Positions 61,060-64,000 of a stretch of 64,000 nucleotides of DNA are shown piece after piece (positions within the stretch are counted from its first letter, which is position 1; every line of letters starts with the position of its first letter). The notes under the pieces are model-generated. The model had not been told where the DNA came from. It did not search any database and was given only the letters and a program-made list of their open reading frames with translations. The stretch lies in IMG/VR virus record IMGVR_UViG_3300028025_000089; one strand, written 5' to 3'. The translations under genes were made by a program, and so were the position numbers. The DNA is from a virus (lineage: Duplodnaviria; Caudoviricetes).

Positions 61060-61149
61060 ATGGAAACTACATTTACACCCATTTATTATACTAATACTAC
61101 TTGGGACAACGAAACAATTAAAATAAACATAAATTATATTATAAAATGA
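61060..61149 (+). CDS. 29-aa microprotein METTFTPIYYTNTTWDNETIKININYIIK (missed by the track)
   Basis: Starts 5 nt after a consensus -10; its stop overlaps the next ATG (ATGA). Confidence 0.55.
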   Translation: METTFTPIYYTNTTWDNETIKININYIIK

Positions 61150-61364
61150 GCGACGATATTATCAGACCAAAAATCGACTTACGACAACAAGAAACAATTA
61201 AATGTGAAAAGTGTGAGTCAAAGTTCTTCAAAGAAATCACAATGTTGAAGAAAGTTCCAAAATTATTAACAGGAAGTCATGAAGACACGATTGTTCCATT
61301 CCCAACTTACATGTGTATTGATTGTGGTCATGTGAATGCAGACTTCGAATTGTTTATTGACTAA
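61146..61364 (+). CDS. Small zinc-ribbon protein
   Basis: CEKC ... CIDC pairs. Confidence 0.75.
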   Translation: MSDDIIRPKIDLRQQETIKCEKCESKFFKEITMLKKVPKLLTGSHEDTIVPFPTYMCIDCGHVNADFELFID

Positions 61365-61510
61365 TGGAAACAAGAAAAATGACTATTACTGAGGCGTATC
61401 CACACCTTCAAAGTATTGCAACTCTTTATGGTTTAAAACTTAATAGAGCGAAAGAATTCAAATTGGCAAGGACTATTTTAATTAATCTTTATTGTAGAGA
61501 ATTAGTATGA
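61364..61510 (+). CDS. 48-aa hypothetical protein METRKMTITEAYPHLQSIATLYGLKLNRAKEFKLARTILINLYCRELV (missed by the track)
   Basis: TAATG coupling at its start and ATGA coupling at its end; exactly fills the gap. Confidence 0.7.
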   Translation: METRKMTITEAYPHLQSIATLYGLKLNRAKEFKLARTILINLYCRELV

Positions 61511-61746
61511 CACACAAAGAATTTTATATTTGGTTACAAGGTTACCTTCATGGAAAATTAGAAGATAAGAACATCGATATTGCACCAATTCTTGAAAAGA
61601 TGGATTTGGTAAAAGAAAGTAGCAAGATTGATATTTCTGAACCATTTAGAATTCCAATACCGGTGAATCCTTTTCCAATTCAAGACGACCCATATAAACC
61701 ACCATTTGAGGTATATTGTAATGATAAACAACAATTAAATGATTAA
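61507..61746 (+). CDS. Hypothetical protein (79 aa)
   Basis: Coupled ORF; MT..EF..WL.GYL-type N-terminus. Confidence 0.7.
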   Translation: MTHKEFYIWLQGYLHGKLEDKNIDIAPILEKMDLVKESSKIDISEPFRIPIPVNPFPIQDDPYKPPFEVYCNDKQQLND

Positions 61747-61921
61747 AATTATGAAAAGAATACCAGCATTATTTGTAAAATGGTTAGCAAACCTTTTTGG
61801 ATATAAAATTGTTATGTTAAAGGCAAAAAATGGAACAACAACAATTGAAGGCGATAAGGAAGTTATGAAATATACTGATATTTCAGGATACTTTTTTAAA
61901 AAAGAACCACTTCGTAGATGA
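61739..61921 (+). CDS. Hypothetical protein (60 aa)
   Basis: Overlaps neighbours at both ends. Confidence 0.6.
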   Translation: MIKIMKRIPALFVKWLANLFGYKIVMLKAKNGTTTIEGDKEVMKYTDISGYFFKKEPLRR

Positions 61922-62703
61922 TTATGATTAAAAAACTAATACATTTTTCTGACCTACACATCCGTCTTTTTAAAGACCACGATTTGTATAAATCAATTTT
62001 GGAAACTGCCATTGAACAATGGAGAGAGTTAGAACCTGATCGTATTGTATTTACGGGAGATCTTGTTCATTCTAAAAACCAAATGACACCTGAACTTATT
62101 GAGATGGTTAGATGGTTATTGACCGAATGTTCGTTTGTTGCAAAGACAATCATTATACCTGGAAACCACGACTTCTTGGTAAATAACACCGAAAGAATGG
62201 ATGCATTATCACCAATCATTAGTTCTTTGAATAGTAAAAACATTTATTATTACAAAGACAGAGGTGTATATGAAGATGAAAACATCAGTTGGTGTGTGTA
62301 TTCACAATATCAAGGAAATATTCCACCTGACATTACAGAATCAAAAGGTAAAAGAATTGGATTATTTCACGGACCAATTCAAGGAATGAAAACCGATCTT
62401 GGATTTGACTTTGGTGAAGAGGCATACGATGTTGAAAAGTTTGATGGACTTGAAACCGTATTATGTGGAGATATTCACAAAAGACAAGAATTCAAATTCA
62501 AGACTGGTAAAGGTTATATGATCGGATCGCCAATTCAACAAAACATTGGTGAGAGTATTGGAAAACATGGTTATGGTATTTATGATGTTGAAACAAAAGA
62601 ATATTCTTACGTTGATTTACCAAACCCAAAACCATTTTTGAAGTTCTCCATAAAATCATTTGAAGATATTGAAAATGGATTCGAAAAACTCCAAAATATT
62701 TAA
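61918..62703 (+). CDS. Metallophosphoesterase, Mre11/SbcD/gp47-like
   Basis: SDLH, TGDL, PGNHD, FHG, GDIH, GSP.Q motifs. Confidence 0.85.
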   Translation: MIMIKKLIHFSDLHIRLFKDHDLYKSILETAIEQWRELEPDRIVFTGDLVHSKNQMTPELIEMVRWLLTECSFVAKTIIIPGNHDFLVNNTERMDALSPIISSLNSKNIYYYKDRGVYEDENISWCVYSQYQGNIPPDITESKGKRIGLFHGPIQGMKTDLGFDFGEEAYDVEKFDGLETVLCGDIHKRQEFKFKTGKGYMIGSPIQQNIGESIGKHGYGIYDVETKEYSYVDLPNPKPFLKFSIKSFEDIENGFEKLQNI

Positions 62704-62713
62704 TAAGGAAACA

Positions 62714-63559
62714 ATGCAGGCGGTGTCTGCATTTTGTGAATCACAAGAAATTAAGGATATTGATAATTTCATATACCTATGTTTCAAACAAGGATTCGAT
62801 ATTAAAAAATATGGTTTTTTGGGAAAAACGGATAATGAAGAGGAAAAACGGGTAGAAATTGAGGTAATCCGTGAAAAACGTGTTGAGGTTCCTGTTGAAG
62901 TCATCAAAGAAGTTGAGGTAATTAAAGAAGTTGAAAAGATCGTTGAGGTTCCTGTGGAAATAATAAAGGAAGTTGAAAAGATAGTTGAGGTTCCGATTGA
63001 GATAATCAAAGAAGTTGAGAAGATTGTTGAGGTTACAAAAGAAATACCCGTTGACAGGGTAGTTGTTAAGGAAGTTATTAAAGAAGTTCCGGTTGATAGA
63101 GTGGTTGAGAAAATAATCTATACCACCGATGACAACCAAATAAACGAACTTGGCGAAAAAAACGCCAAGTTGGAAATTGAACTATTAAGAAATTCCGAAC
63201 AGTTGAACGAATTGTTGTCAAAAATACAACAGTTAAACGGAGAAATTTCGATCAAGACAGCAGAAATTGACAACATTAGACAAGAACATTCTTCTAAAAC
63301 AGAAGAAATAGAAAGTAATTTTCAAACTACATTGTCTATGAAAGAAGTTGAATTACAACAACTTAAAATAAGTTTAGAAGAAAACCTAAACAACGAAAAA
63401 TTGAAACTTCTTCAACAGACAATACAAAATCTTAGAGGGGAACTTCAACAAAAGAATGAACAAATAAAAGAGTTAGAAAAAATAAACCGAGAACTTTTGA
63501 ATGGTAACCAAAATCAGGCTTATCTTCTTAGGGGATCAAATTTAAATAGAAGATTATGA
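62714..63559 (+). CDS. EKIVEVP-repeat (alveolin/articulin-like) coiled-coil protein
   Basis: Val/Glu/Lys/Ile/Pro repeats followed by a long heptad region. Likely start is ATG 62714, just after the previous stop (track start 62660). Confidence 0.75.
   Translation: MQAVSAFCESQEIKDIDNFIYLCFKQGFDIKKYGFLGKTDNEEEKRVEIEVIREKRVEVPVEVIKEVEVIKEVEKIVEVPVEIIKEVEKIVEVPIEIIKEVEKIVEVTKEIPVDRVVVKEVIKEVPVDRVVEKIIYTTDDNQINELGEKNAKLEIELLRNSEQLNELLSKIQQLNGEISIKTAEIDNIRQEHSSKTEEIESNFQTTLSMKEVELQQLKISLEENLNNEKLKLLQQTIQNLRGELQQKNEQIKELEKINRELLNGNQNQAYLLRGSNLNRRL
62924..63049 (+). repeat. About 3 x 42-nt tandem repeat encoding KEVEKIVEVP(V/I)EII
   Basis: KEVEKIVEVPVEII KEVEKIVEVPIEII KEVEKIVEVTKEIP. Confidence 0.85.
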
Positions 63560-63909
63560 TAATTTTAATGTGGATTTTAGCGTCATACGGAATGACAACA
63601 ATATTGGTCTATGGGTCAATATTTAATGGATTAAGAAATTGGATACATAGAAATGCAGAACCGAATATCGGGTGGGTAATTTTTACTCCTGTATTTAAAT
63701 TTATTTCAGGGTTGATACAATGTATGTTATGCACATCAACATGGGTTGGGTTTTTTCTTTCTTACGCACTTTATTCACCATGGCACGAAATTATTGGACT
63801 TAATCAATATATTTCCATATTCTTTGATGGAATGTTATCGGCAGGTGCCGTTTGGGCATTGAATGGTATAATAGAGTGGTTTGAAGAAAATAGACCTAAT
63901 AACAATTAA
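63556..63909 (+). CDS. Small membrane protein with CxxC (DUF1360-like)
   Basis: Three hydrophobic segments; LIQCMLCTSTWVG. Confidence 0.65.
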   Translation: MIILMWILASYGMTTILVYGSIFNGLRNWIHRNAEPNIGWVIFTPVFKFISGLIQCMLCTSTWVGFFLSYALYSPWHEIIGLNQYISIFFDGMLSAGAVWALNGIIEWFEENRPNNN

Positions 63910-63919
63910 AAATAAATAA

Positions 63920-64000
63920 ATGGAAACAAAAAAAGTTATCGAAGTAAATCTCGGAGTTGGAATGGACCAATTATTTCCAAGACCAATTCAAATCGTAGTT
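63920..64000 (+). CDS. Hypothetical protein, partial (METKKVIEVNLGVGMDQLFPRPIQIVV...)
   Basis: ATG after an A-rich leader; open to the window end. Confidence 0.55.
   Translation, partial: METKKVIEVNLGVGMDQLFPRPIQIVV

Noticed and set aside
62656-63139. Minus-strand ORFs 62656..63009 and 62777..63139
   Set aside because: Stop-free shadows of the VEK repeat on the opposite strand; low-complexity translations.
1-64000. Stop-codon reassignment (code 15 or 4) as in Lak-like or some crAss-like phages
   Set aside because: ORFs up to 2357 aa are intact in code 11, and both TAG and TGA end well-defined genes (e.g. nrdA TAG, hub TGA).

Overview
This is a 64-kb fragment of a large, AT-rich, T4-like (contractile-tailed) jumbo-type bacteriophage using the standard genetic code. 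It holds the neck/tail module (neck, terminator, oversized sheath, tube, chaperone pair, tape measure, giant baseplate proteins), an interleaved replication/recombination module (gp32-like SSB, RecA/UvsX, 5'-3' exonuclease, DnaB-like helicase, nrdB-nrdA), a second baseplate/adhesin module, and RuvC, primase, PD-(D/E)XK nuclease and Mre11/gp47-like genes. The best candidate for an undescribed system is virion protein O-glycosylation. A GT-A enzyme (50907-51887) whose motifs line up, by my recall, with plant peptidyl-serine galactosyltransferase / hydroxyproline arabinosyltransferase (GT96/GT95) sits among Cys-rich adhesin genes. At least four structural proteins, including the sheath, carry mucin/extensin-like poly-Thr and (Thr-Pro)n tracts, three of them next to an NPC[A/S] motif. 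Other signals: a likely +1 frameshift (UUU UUU CGG) joining the gp26/gp51-like chaperones, an oriented TATTTAT motif upstream of late genes, near-leaderless sigma70-type promoters, an OmpA-like domain inside a tube-initiator-like protein, transmembrane helices in an 1880-aa baseplate-region protein, and an alveolin-like EKIVEVP-repeat protein. All family assignments are by-eye motif recognition; no database search was run.
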